The notes beneath the pieces were generated by a model that was not told the DNA's origin, did not search any database, and saw only the letters and a list, made by a program, of their open reading frames with translations. A DNA stretch of 64,000 bases from Nemertoderma westbladi (Eukaryota; Animalia; Xenacoelomorpha): NCBI GenBank assembly GCA_032718475.1, contig JAUCBJ010009117.1, positions 31,215-95,214 on the forward strand. The letters are read 5' to 3'. A program made the position numbers and the translations under genes. Of the stretch, positions 25,447 through 38,344 are shown one piece after another; position 1 is the stretch's first letter, and each line of letters starts with the position of its first letter.

Positions 25447-27264
25447 TCCATAATCCATAATATATACCGGTACTCTAGTCATTATATAATCATATTTTAC
25501 TTTAAACGAACTTTACAATTTTAGCAACAAATAATGTGTTTTAATAATTTTATTTTATATTCCAACACCACACCAACTTATTGGTATTATCTGATTATAC
25601 GCATTCTGAGTTCATATTTCCTAATATAGCGATAACCCTCATGAAAACGAGACATAGTCTAATGGGGTTATCCTCGACGTCAAATCACTACCTAATTAAC
25701 TCTCAGTATATATATTATACGCATTGTGTATCTATAATTCCTAACTCTCAGTCGAGGTAAACTTATTACAAATAAATACAGTACATAATATTTTATAGTA
25801 AGACAATAGAAATATATACATACAGTACATAGGCCTAATATTTTAAAGTAAGACAATAAACAGTAAATAAATACAGTTTTTAAAAATGTATTAAAAAGAC
25901 AACCTAAACCTTTTGATTACTACTTTACTACAGTACTACTAGATATATTTTATTGATGCCGAATGTTTTTATAATTATTGTGTTGTTGTTGCTTTTATTT
26001 ATACCGTACATATCTTATCCACTGTTTTCGTTTGTCCTAAATGTCTTATCATAATTACAATAATTTTTAGTAAAATTACAATAATTTTGTGGTTGTTGCA
26101 TTTATACATTTTAACTCGTATCCACTATGTTTGTTAGTTCTAAATTTTACCATAATTATGTTGTAAATATTGCAAATAGGGTTTCCAATCTATTGAAGGT
26201 CATTTTATTTATCTATGTTTTTTCTATTTTGTACTGTTTTAGATAAAACACATTTTCTTGGACATGTTGAACACCATGTACTGTACATTTGTTTGTTGTC
26301 GTTACCTTTTCCTACTTTATATGTTATATTTTAATGCTATCCTTAGTGCTTGTTTTAACTGATTTAACGTCAAATAAAAAAATTCCAATTCCATTCCTAC
26401 CAGTAGGGAACATACCCTTAAATAAGCTCCAAAAGTGGGTTCTTATTTAAGGAAAATGGCTCTTATTTAGGGGTTTTTGGGCCTTTTTTGGATATTTTTT
26501 CGACATATTATGCAAGAACTTGTTTCAGTAAAAAATACCGCATAATTTTATTTCACAATATAAAAGTTAGTTCTTTCTTGAACATAATGCAAAAAACCAG
26601 AATACATTTCACCGTCCGGTTTTTTTTCTACAAGCGTTTTAAAATTGCATCAAAAATACGACCAGTTCCTAAATAAGAGGGATTTTTTAAATTTACCTTA
26701 TTTAAGACATCGAAATTGTACACATAAATACTAAAAGTCCTTAAATAAGAACTTTTTGACATGGGTTTCTTATTTAGGTATACAATTTCATTCCAAAATC
26801 TGCATACTCCTTAAATAAATTAAATATTTCTCATTTCTCACAGAGAGTAGAAGCTGTTCCGCGACAATAATAATATTGCTCCTCAAAAGAGGGCCCTTAC
26901 TGCCTTAGTACAGTAGTAAGGGGCCCTTTGCCAGCCCTGGCCCTTATTGCATCAGGGACGGGTTTTTCGACAGAGCCCATGCCGCTAGTCGATGGGGTTG
27001 ACTTGTTGACGGAGAGGCTATTATGAGGCGCAATGGGATACGCATTGCGTATCTCCTTCTGTCAACCAATACTGGCCTCATTTCTCATATATTAAATTAA
27101 ATATCCTTATATAATGTCTCTTATAACCTCGTCTCCCAGCACTGTCCTCCTTCTGCCCTTATCTGCTTATGACAGTTATGACCTCCTACCTGCCTAACCT
27201 TGGCAGGACATTGCAAGATGCAGAGATAAGGGAGCTTATGAGCTTAATTGGATAGGTGCAAAAA

Positions 27265-28757
27265 TGCACCACGAGTAACAATGACCAACAATAAGCAACA
27301 ACGAGCAACAAATGAACAATGAGCTGATGAGTAACAAAACAACGAGCAACAACGAGTAACAATGAGCAACAACGAGTAACATTGAGCAATAATAAAGTAC
27401 AACAACGAGCAATAATGAGCAACAACGACTGAACGAGCAATATTAAAGTACAACAACGAGCAACATTGAGAAACAACGAGCAACAATGAGCAATAATAAA
27501 GTACAACAACGAGAAACAACGAGCAATAATTATATTAATTAGGACATGAGGAACAACGAGTAACAATGACAATGAGTAACAACGAGTAACATTGAGCAAT
27601 AATAAAGTATAACAACGAGTAACATTGAGCAACAACGAGAAACACTGAGCAACAATGAGCAATAATAAAGAACAACAACGAGCAACAATGAGCAACAACG
27701 AGAAACAACGAGCAATAATGAGCAACAACGACTGAACGAGCAACAACGAATTATATTGAGCAACAATGAGCAATAATAAAGTACAACAACGAGCAACAAT
27801 GAGCAACAACGACTGACCGAGCAACGACGAGTAATATTGAGCAACAATGAGCAATAATAAAGTACAACAACGAGAAACAATGAGGAACAACGACTGGACG
27901 AGCAACAATGAGCAACAACGAGTAACAATGAGCAACTACGACTACTACGGGTGAGTAACATTGAGCAACAATGAGAAACAATGAGCAACAACGAGCAAAA
28001 ATGAGCAATAATAAACGAAATAAAGTACAACAACGAGCAACAATGAGCAACAGTGAGAAACAACGAACAACAATGAGCAATAATGAGGAACAACGACTGA
28101 ACGAGCAACAACGAGTAACATTGAGAAACACCGAGCAACAATGAGCAACAACGAGCAATAATAAAGTACAACTAACGAGCAACAATGAGCACCAACAAGC
28201 AACAATGACCAACAATAAGCAACAACGAGGAACAAATGAACAATGAGCTGATGAGTAACAAAACAACGAGCAACAACGTGTAACAACGAGCAACAATGAG
28301 CAACAGCGAGTAACATTGAGCAATAATAAAGTACAACAACGAGCAATAATGAGGAACAACGACTGGACGAGCAACAATGAGCAACAATGAGTAACAATGA
28401 GCAACTACGACTACTACGAGTAACATTGAGCAACAATGAGAAACAATGAGCAACAACGAGCAATAATAAACGAAATAAAGTACAACAACGAGCAACAGTG
28501 AGAAACAACGAACAACAATGAGCAATAATGAGGAACAACGACTGAACGAGCAACAACGAGTAACATTGAGAAACACCGAGCAACAATGAGCAACAACGAG
28601 CAATAATAGAGTACAACAAGCAACAACGAGCAATAATAAAGTACAACTAACGAGCAACAATGAGCACCAACAAGCAACAATGACCAACAATGAGCAACAA
28701 TGAATGACAAACAATGAGAAATAATAAAGCACAACGAGCAGCAATGAGCAACAAACT
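27265..28757 (+). repeat. Complex (AAC)-rich satellite built from gagcaacaa(c/t)/gagcaataat motifs
   Basis: Strongly strand-asymmetric A/C-rich sequence with internal higher-order duplications; source of spurious C/L/V-rich ORFs on -. Confidence 0.9.
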
Positions 28758-28776
28758 GCGTCGAACCGGATTGAAT

Positions 28777-28960
28777 GTGGGGGAGAGCCACATTCAAGTG
28801 AGCGAAGCCTTAGCATATGGGTGCTATTAACGAGTTGTCTGTCGTCGTTGTAAATTTTTTATCGCTAATAACTCAGTCATTCCTTGATGAAATTAAACGA
28901 AACTTAGTATGTATGTAGTCTGTCAAAAGATTAGAAATAATCTGAAGTTTGGTAAAAAAA
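28777..28960 (+). mobile_element. Helentron-associated/DINE-1-like interspersed element (partial)
   Basis: gtggg..gagccac..gagcg.agccttagc, a gtc microsatellite and a taataactc..ttgatgaaat..aaactt core. Related copies at 38345-38578, 40560-40972 and 45877-45965. Confidence 0.55.
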
Positions 28961-29081
28961 CAAACGAACGCAATGAGGCAAATTAAGGAGACGAGTATTG
29001 TGTTGAACGACCTCTGACTAACGAAAGACAACATGTTAATGGGGTGGGGCCCCTATCAGCTAGGGCTAGCTAAGGCTTTGC

Positions 29082-29379
29082 TCACTTCATGCTGCGCAAA
29101 GGTCCCACGAACGTGTCCCGCTCCTGCCTGAGCCAGTTGAGCCAAAACGTCATCCAGTCGTCATCTTTAACCTTCATAACGTCTATCAGCTGCCCAACTG
29201 AACCATCTTTGTGCCTATTGACATGACATTGACATTGGTTTTTCACTTTTTTCACACCTTTCAAGTACAACATTGTGGACAATCCATCTAAGTGGGGCGT
29301 AACGCGGAGCAGAAGAGGAAATGCAGGACACAAGTTAGTTTTTCGAAACTGTGCGGCGATGTCCAGTTACTTGAGTCAT
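29082..29379 (-). pseudogene. CARD/death-fold-like coding fragment
   Basis: MTQVTGHRRTVSKN*LVSCIS, then a frame change to LDGLSTMLYLKGV...VGQLIDVMKVKDDDWMTFWLNWLRQE, which resembles CARD helices. Candidate exon 29287-29086 is bounded by pyrimidine-rich ttag and gtgag. By-eye similarity only. Confidence 0.4.
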
Positions 29380-29726
29380 GTTCCAATTTATTAATTGTCA
29401 AATACGTGACAATGTATGTGCACTCAGATGGGCGATGGGCTATTCTTTTGAATATCAATGGGCTATTCTCAGATTCTATGCTACCGTGTGAGGTACCGGT
29501 AAGAATGCCAGTGCTAGCAACTTCATTATGATACGATATTCTGTAGAGGATTTATAGAGTGCAGTGCAACCATTGTCCTTATCCTTAACCCAACAATTAG
29601 CAATATACAGACTGACATAAATCAAAGAATTGTGAAAGAAGTGTACCGGTACGCATACTGTAAGGAATAAGGAATATTTATTTTATTTAAGGAATGTGCA
29701 GATTTTGGAATACAATTGTATTCCTA

Positions 29727-32162
29727 CAGTCCCGCTCACCAACAGAGTGCCATCGGATCCGATCGGATCCAACACACTCCGACAGCTTCAAACAAGCACA
29801 ATGCTAACCTACGGAGATTTAGTACTGTTTGATTCTGTTGGAGAAAATATTTCCAACAAGTTTAGTCTGTTGGAGCCCATCTGAATCTGTCTGAAATCCG
29901 TCTGAAAGTGTTTGAAATTTCTGTTGGATGTTGTTGGAAGCTATCTGAAGTTGTCTGAAGCTGTTTGAAATTGTCTGAAACTGTTGGAAGTTGTCTGAAG
30001 ATGTTTGACGCCATCGGAATTTGTTGGAATTTGCCAATGCCTTACAAAAGCGTAGTTCATTAACAAAATGTCAATCACTTTAACTCTCAATTTGAAGTGA
30101 TTGTGAGGGTGTGCTATTGTCAATTATAAACCGAAACAAAGATTTGTTTCATTTAACAATTTTTATTTACATAATTATGTCGTTAATTATATCAATTAAT
30201 TAACTAGAATGCATAACCGAATAATAAATTCCTATAATATAAATTCCGATAAATGAATATAATAACACCAACCCGTTTTTAATTCCTTAATTTAATTAGA
30301 AATGTAAATAATGCTATAAATATATTAGTTTCTTTGACGTAGGGCACTAAATACTGCTCATAAAAAGATATAAACACAAACAGATTAAGCAAACAGTAAA
30401 TATAATTACAATGAGTGAAAAAAAAAAATTTGGTTAATTTTATTAGTTGCGTTGAAAGAGCATCGAAATGAAAAGGTTTGCACGTAATACTTCTAGCCCA
30501 ACTATTTTTTCGCGCACCTACCCTATTTGAGTAAATTACATTCACACACTCAAAAGTTATTGCAACTTTAGTCTCTGCAAGGCGAACTTCGAAACGGAAC
30601 TCCATATCCAATATTGGTTTATAGTTAAGCGGTTCCCTAGTTACGAAATAAATATTCGAGAACAATAAATTATTTAACATTGAGTAAGGCAGCATTTAGG
30701 CAGAATTTAGGAACAAACAAGTACCTATTTAAGAATAAAATTACGTATACATGGGAAAACTTATTTTGAATAATAATTATCACTACCCTTTAGTAATGAT
30801 AGGTCGAAAGTCCCCCCTAGCCCTTCACAAGGGAGGGTGGACGTAGGGACGGGACGGGGCCCAACGCCAACATATCGTGATAGTTTGTCACATTGGAAGG
30901 GGAGGGGGGGGGGGGGGGGGGGGTTGATGAAACGTGGCTGTTAATGTTAAACGTGAATGAATTAATATCATAAAGTAGTATTGAGCATTACGCACAACCA
31001 TAATAGATTAGATAGAGAATTGGGAATGTGAAGGCCCTTGTTTTTACGTGACTGCCATGCCATATTATGATGTAATGTATATCCGCCATGGGAGAAACGA
31101 AATTGCGACAACTATGGAGAATCGGGAAGCCTGGAAGGATCTCATTTCCACTGTCCGAGTTCGCTCGACTTAGTAGTAGTAGTATATCCGCCATTGACGT
31201 AATATGTTGTTATGTAAAAGGTAGACCTAATCACACCAGATACTAATTAAAATAATGTCTTAATAACTAATTATATTCATTCATACAATAAGCAATGTAG
31301 CCAATTAAGGCTGTGATTGACAAATTAACCGCACAATTAATTAATTGACAAAACAAAAATCAAACTAGTAGAGATCATATCCAAACCTGTATAAATATAA
31401 ATAAACGCAAAAGATATAACTAACACATGTACGTACACTATATTAACTGTAGAGGGGGATACTGTCCCTCCTGCGAAAAGCAAAATATATTTATCAGTAT
31501 TTTAATTAATGTAACTTAAAGAAATTGAGCCTTATTCGAAGAAATTCTACATGGGCATTTTGGACCTATACCGCCACTGCTTGGCTCTTTGGAAGTGTAT
31601 TTCCGTAAAGCTCTATTGTATGGCTCTAGACCAACCCAAAGCAACATTAGTATGTGAACACAGAATTCCATTCCCCATTCATTTCAATGGTAGCCAACTT
31701 GTCTTTCTTGTATTGGGGGTAGACCACTGGTTAGCTTTCTGCTATTGTGTTATTCAAAGATAGCGGCAGGAATAAAGAGAAATACCGACCTCACTAATGG
31801 GCTGTTCCTTCAGGTCAGCTTAAGTTACAGTGTGAATGTTCAAGGGCGCCGCCAGTGGCCAGTCCACTCTGTCGTTATTGTGGCTTTATGAATGGAGTTC
31901 CTTTAGTAGTTTCAAAAGCTTTCATTCTATCTGCGCGCAAGAAGATGGGAGTTGAGTTGGGGTTGCGGTTGAGTGTGGGTGGAGTGATTGACAGGTTGTT
32001 GGAAGTTGTCTGATTCTGTTTGAAACTGTCTGAATCTGTTTGAAACTGTCTGAATCTGTTTGAAGTTGTTGGACTGTTGGAGTTTGTCTGAAAGTGTTTG
32101 AAGCTGTTGGATCCGATCGGTTCAGATCGGATCCGATGGCACTCTGTTGGTGAGCTGGACTG
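29727..32162. mobile_element. Tc1/mariner-type non-autonomous element (CAGT termini, TA TSD) nested in the outer element's right TIR
   Basis: ta|cagtcccgctcaccaacagagtgccatcggatccgatc ... gatcggatccgatggcactctgttggtgagctggactg|ta. Removing it restores the match to the left TIR at 26761-26800. Confidence 0.85.
31090..31181 (+). mobile_element. Very short 5'-truncated RTE insertion
   Basis: Encodes ..MENREAWKDLISTVRVRST* followed by (tag)n; 13-bp TSD gtatatccgccat at 31077-31089 and 31182-31194. Confidence 0.85.
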
Positions 32163-32929
32163 TAAATAAGAAACCCAGGTCAAAAAGTTCTTATTTAGGG
32201 ACTTTTAGTATCTATGTGTACAATTTCGATATCTTAAATAAGGTAAATTTAAAAAATCCCCCTTATTTAGGAACTAGTCGTATTTTTGATGCAATTTTAA
32301 AACGCTTGTAGAAAAAAAACCGGACGGTGAAATGTTTTCTGGTTTTTTGCTTTATGTTCAAGAAAGACCCAACTTTTACATTGTGAAATAAAATTATGCG
32401 GTATTTTTTCCTGAAACAAGTGATTGCATATTATATCGAAAAAATATCCAAAAAAGGCCCAAAAACCCCTAAATAAGAGCCATTTTCCTTAAATAAGAAC
32501 CCACTTTTGGAGCTTATTTAAGGGTATGTTCCCTACTGCCTACCGGTATGTATTACCGCAGTACCGGCATATATCAGCTCTTTATCAAATATTATTCCGC
32601 AATATAAAGTCACCTAAATCTTTACCAAATGAAAAGCATGGTATCATGCTACCGATAATTAAGTTCAGAAGTTGTACATAATTTAGGTATTAAATTATGT
32701 AGGTTATGCTTAGGCCTACCGTAGGTAATTCAGATTGCATTCTTCAGCTACTATTTGATTGTATATAACAGTACGGTAATCAATTAACACTTTATTATTA
32801 TGGCATTTTGTTAAAATCATTAACTGACAATGTAATTAATTGTAGTTGTTGTCTGCCAGCTTGGCACTTTTGCTGCATAATATCAGGAGAGCAAACAATC
32901 TATAGTTGTTCAAGGAATACAAACTGTTG

Positions 32930-34816
32930 ATGAGGTCCGTAAAGGACGTCGAACCCGTCGACCTAGAGGGCGATGGGGGTGGGTCGGCTCGACTCCAATC
33001 CAACGACAAATCCGGTACCTCGTTGCGTCGTTTATTCTCCCCAATTCGATCGGGCAGTAAGCGGGTGAACGCCCGATCGAGTTCCTACACCCCGTCCCAA
33101 ACGGCCTCCCCTCAAAGCCAACACGTTACTGTAACCCTCCTCACCAACGAACAAATGCTGGTGGCTGTGGATCCACGATCCAGAGTAGAGGATCTATTCA
33201 ACCATTTATGTTTAGTTTCCAACATACGCGACTCTCATTACTTCGGTATTTGTATGTATCGAGAAGGTATGGAATATTTCCTCGATAAAGGCCATCGTAT
33301 GTCGAAGTATTTACCTACCGGTAAAGTTCGAGTCAAAGAGGATGAAGGTTCGAATGCGAGTGGCGCCTCCAAACTCGAACTGCATCTTCGCGTTCAGTTT
33401 TACACGATGTCGAGTTTACTAATAAAGGACAAGAACGCCAGGTACTTCTACTACCTGCAGCTGAAACGTAACGTTCTCAAGTGCCAGACACCGGTGAGGG
33501 ACGAACTTATATTTAACCTGGCTGCGTTCGCGTTACAGATCGACCTCGGGGACTACAGTCCGTTCCTGGCCGGCACCAGCGGTGGGGCCTACTTCGACGT
33601 GACCAGTTACGTCCCCAAGGCGGTGGTGGACCGGTACGGGATCGATTGGATCACCAAGTCGTTGCCCGTGATGCACGGGGACCTCCGCGGTACGACCAAA
33701 GCGAACGCGGTGCGAGACTACATCCGTGAGTCAGAGGCGGTTCCGGAACTCTCCGTACATTTCCATCGCTTCTTCCGGAACAAGAAGGAGCGACAACCGA
33801 CGCTGCTTCTCGGTATTGCGACTCCCGGACTCATTATTTACGAGGACCCTGGACCGCAGCATCAGTGTCGGTTCGTCTGTCAGTACCAGTGGAGCGATGT
33901 ATCCCGACTCACCTTCCAGAAGAGACGCTTCGATGTGCAGGCCGAAGGAACGTCCATGAAAATCGTCTTCTTTACGCATTCCGACTCGCAATCTAAGTAT
34001 TTACTCACACAGTGTAAACTCACCCATCAGTTCGAGATTAAACTCGAGCCGTTGATGGTAAACGCGGCGAGTTTCGATCTGCGGGCGACTCGGTTCCGCG
34101 AGAGTTTCATCCAGTCGCCGAGCGGCGGGGATTGGGACGGCGTGGGGGCCACGCAGCTGACCCCGCCACGACGGATCGGCTCCTTGGAGACGTCGGTGGG
34201 GGAACCGGAAACCGCGGTGGGGCCCCATCGGGAGTCCGACGCCGGTTCCAACACCACGTCCGGGATCGTGAGCGACGACCGCCAGCGCTCGATGCGAGAC
34301 CTCGAGGAGGCGGAGATGGACGAGGCGGGGGAGACATCCACGGTCACCATGCCGACCGGCAGCGGGATCGCGGCCTGGCGCTCCACACCAGCGCTCAGCT
34401 CGACCACCCCGGTGCCCAGCTCGACCAGCCACGAGACCAACACGTTCTCCCCGGCGGCGGAGGCGGCGGCTATCACCCCCGGGACGCCGTCCGCGTTCCG
34501 GGTGGTCCCCGCCCAGGGGGCCGCCGTCTACCTGGACAGCCCCCGCGCGCAGCGGGACGACTCGTTGCTTTACCGCTACGGCGTCGGCGAGAACCGGCCC
34601 TACGAGCTGGAGGATCTGTACCGCATGCGGTACCATCCGGAGATGAATTACATCCCGCCCTCCGTGGCCTCGGGTAAACACGATTACGCGGATATCACGG
34701 TTAAGCGACCCGAGACTCAGATCGTACACGCCGATGTGGAACCGTTACGGATGTCGTCGATACATCAACCCGATATGCAGACCTTTAAACCCCCCACAGC
34801 GCGCCGATTCGAACAG
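32930..34816 (+). CDS. FRMD6: Expanded/FRMD6-family FERM-domain protein, coding exon 1
   Basis: FERM motifs match FRMD6/Expanded: LHLRVQFY, IKDKNARYFYYLQLKRNVL, LAAFALQIDLGD, YQWSDVSRLTF..RRFDV, then RESFI and SNTTSGIVS. First ATG at 32930; phase-0 donor CAG|gttagt at 34817. Confidence 0.9.
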
Positions 34817-35061
34817 GTTAGTTTGAATCAATCGACCCAGTACAAAAAATATAAATATAGCTCCTTAAAATAATTAAAATTTTTCTATGAAGGGAAGATT
34901 AATTAATTAATTAATTATGTCGCCACTGAATTGGCTAGATTGTACACAATTGTCATTGTGGACAAAACATTGCGTTGTATAATATGTACATATATAAGTC
35001 CACATATTAATATAATTGGCCTAATAATAGAAAATATGTATATCGTACCGGTAGTATATAG

Positions 35062-36130
35062 TAGGGATGTGGCGAATGTCCGCATCCGCATCCGCGGATA
35101 TCCGCATGATTTTTCGCATCCGCATCCGCACCCATGGCATGCGGATGTGACATGCGGATGTTACATGCACTATTCAAGCATCCTGTCGGAAGGCCCAGCA
35201 ACCACTCAATTAAATTCTCAATAATAAATACTGGTAATTAATAGTAATTATAGTAAAAATAGTAATAGTATTGGTAATTAAAAATTACAATAATAATAAT
35301 AATTGTTTATTGTTTTACCGACATACATACAGACAGACAAACAGACTGACTGACAGACATACAAAGAAACAGACAGTCAAGATGTTGTCAAAAGTAAAAA
35401 CTGACATCGGAAATGAGTTCGCCGACCTGGAAAACCCCCATAGCCATATTTTTGTGAGGTTAAATCAATGATTTTGTTTATTTTTTGACCGACAAACAGA
35501 CAGACAAAAAGACAGACAGACATTTAGACAGTTTCTGTAAGAGGAGCAACCTTAGAAGTTCGATTTTGTGTGCACCAGTGTGTGTACACGTACATTGTTG
35601 TACACTATACAATAGGGATGTGGCGAATGTCCGCATCCGCATCCGCCGATATCCGCATGATTTTTCGTATCCGCATCCGCACCCATGGCATGCGGATGTG
35701 ACATGCGGATGTTACATGCACTATTCAAGCATCCTGTCTGAAGGCCCAGCAACCACTTAATTAAATTTTCAATAATAACTACTTGTTCCCTTATGAAATT
35801 TTTTTTATTTTATCTTAATATTACACTAATACTAAAAATACACTAACACTCGACGGGAACAATATAAAAAATGTTTGTTGTATTATTGTTTTGTTATATT
35901 ATGTCCCATTCTGTTCTATAACCTTAGACTCTGTATAGGCCTAGTTTATTAATATAAGATTAGAATATAATATTAAAATGCTGGTATAACCTTGATGTAA
36001 AAGGGAGGCCAGGCAAAAATATATGTTTTAATAGACATCCGCATCCGCATCCGTGCGGAAGTCACCTCAGAAATCTGCATCCGTATCTGCATCCGCGGAT
36101 GTTAAAAATATGACATTCGCAACATCCCTA
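35062..36130. mobile_element. hAT-type MITE (TAGGGATG TIR, 8-bp TSD) with a duplicated left end
   Basis: tagggatgtggcgaatgtc...gacattcgcaacatcccta; TSD gtatatag at 35054-35061 and 36131-36138. The left end recurs at 35613; a partial right end lies at 46555-46841. Confidence 0.85.
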
Positions 36131-36424
36131 GTATATAGCCCTACTTTGTTTGGTTTATATACCCAGAAGTTGGGGTTATATACCCAGATCTAAAGCGTAT
36201 TTTAGCCGGCACAGTATATATATTATATACCGCTACGTAAGTGTTCATTCACTATAAAGTGTTTTATGTTTCAACAAACTTGTAATAAGTGAGTTTTCCG
36301 TTATTTTCATGACTAAGGAAATTATTTAAGTACCGGTATTTGTTCGTTGGTCGAATGATTAGGCGTTATAAATTGGTCTATACTATATGGCGAATATAAT
36401 TCCTTATTGGTATGATAAATCATA

Positions 36425-36915
36425 TCGACGACACAACCAAACCAGCGCAGTTATTCATTAACAATTTCCGGCTATTTTATGAGTACGGTTTGGCGTACCA
36501 CAGAGAAAAATATTGCATTAACCGAGAACAGAGAATATCAGCTCCGTTATCAATATAACAGTCTGATCTTTGTTTAGGTGTTTTCGTAACCTACGATGTT
36601 TCGATGGTGAACATTTGCAATCCAGATATTATTTGTGAGATGTAGTTCCAGTTGAGGGAGCCATATATTTGTTACCTAGAGTGAGAGAAGCTTTATGATT
36701 ATTGCTTCCAGTTGAGACACGGTAGATTAACTTCATTGAAATATATATTTTTTAAATGGTTTCCAATTCGATTTTTTCAAAAATAATGTATAGTTGAGTA
36801 TCATCTGCATAGATATGAAAGTTCTTCCTAAATTCAGTTGATCTAGAGGTAACGAGTACACCAAGTCTAGGAGCGGACCTGGTCGGCCTATGTATTCTTG
36901 AGGCACTCCATTGTC
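36425..36915 (-). mobile_element. Old L2/CR1-group LINE RT fragment
   Basis: Minus strand: GVPQ..GPLL, FHIYADDTQLYI (YADD at 36811-36800), RRLRKHLNKDQTVILI...CNIFLCG. Confidence 0.7.
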
Positions 36916-38344
36916 TAGTGCATGTTAATTTGAGAGGACATGGGCATTAGACACCCTTTACTACAACCCAGGAGGAACTAAGTATTTAGACTAAGGAAAC
37001 ACGTTCGTGGGGCCTTCGCGCAGCACGAGGCCCAGTTATGAGATACAAATTAAAATTGAGCGACTGTATCACAAAATCAGGTTTTGAGAAATTTACCCAC
37101 ACCACCAATCAATCAAAGAAAGGGGGACAGTACGTGTTCACCCCTTTTAATCCCCCCCCCCCCCCCCCCCCACCCTTCCCAACCACCAATACATAACCGC
37201 GACATCTACCACCCACGGAAGGGTAGCACGAACTTATTTCCAATCGCACGTTCAATATGCAAAGCCAGGTGGTTTATAGGAATATAATAAACGCAGTACT
37301 CGTATTCATTATAAGCCTCGTTGCGTTCGTCCTGTTTTGTATTTAAATATATTTCTTAAACGCAGGCTAGGACGTTCTTTATAATAATAATAACTAGGGA
37401 TGCGATCAATATGTGAAGCCAGGTGGTTTATATAATAATTTAGTCAACGCAGTACTCGTCTTCATTATATGCCTCGTTGCGCTCGTCGCTTGTCCTGTTT
37501 TGTTATAAAATATTTTTCCTAAACGCAGACTGACGATCTTTATACAGTTATAACTATGCGAAGTTTCGAAACTGTGCGAGTAACTGTTGATACATCTATG
37601 TGGATATGTGTGATATGTGGAGATGTGTGATACAACGCCAACGCATCTTATGCCGATGTAGTAATATGGGTATTGAAATAATATTAAATTAATGTACACT
37701 CTTAAAGCTGCAGCGAAAAAATGTAGCTAATTTCCTAGGTTACATATAAAATAATAATATTATTTTTAAGAACATTAATTTTACTACTTTGCAAAAATTC
37801 AATTAAAAAATAACCAGACATATACATTGTGGAATAAACTATTTCAGAAGCCTACACAACAGCCATGCCATGGATAGTATTTATGTTATGATATCTGTCA
37901 TTCACCTGAGATAGCAATACAACATTTATAGTGAATTTAAAGAATGCTGTCTGGGCTGGAATAGCAATACTGGTTGTCTATTACTATTCCTCTCTGGTTA
38001 GTCTTAGCAACAACTCCCAGCCAGCAGCAGAGACTTGACCAATAATCATTCCCAGCAACTGGGAATGACACACACATCCCATCTATGTACCAGCATGTTG
38101 GCCAATAAATGAGCAGTATTTAATGAGAATAAATTTTTTTTGCCGTTTTAATTACTTTAGATCAATTAAAGACACAATTATTAAAGCAAATCACTTGAAC
38201 TAATTAAAAACTATAATAGAATGGCGTATGGGGATTACATCTGTATAATTTTTAATTATAATTATTTAAATCTTATACTGTAAAACAATTAATTTCCTTT
38301 AAAAGGCAGGTTGAAAATGGTGTTTTTACCGTAATAACTTAATT

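Larger units (their letters stand above)
26401..32538. mobile_element. 6.1-kb non-autonomous DNA transposon with ~440-bp TIRs and a 5-bp TSD
   Basis: 26401-26843 is inverted with 29658-29726 plus 32163-32538. Termini cagtaggg...ccctactg; cctac directly repeated at 26396-26400 and 32539-32543. Confidence 0.7.

Noticed and set aside
27186-28816. Cys/Leu/Val-rich ORFs on the minus strand
   Set aside because: These are translations of the AAC-rich satellite; all three frames give similar low-complexity text.
32906-32929. ORF-track starts at TTG/GTG (e.g. 32906, 41643)
   Set aside because: This is a eukaryotic gene: the first ATG is at 32930, and exon 2 begins at the splice acceptor at 41625.
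33726-34729. Overlapping and antisense ORFs in the FERM exons (also 41712-43737) and in BUD23
   Set aside because: Expected shadows of GC-rich coding sequence, with no domain signal.
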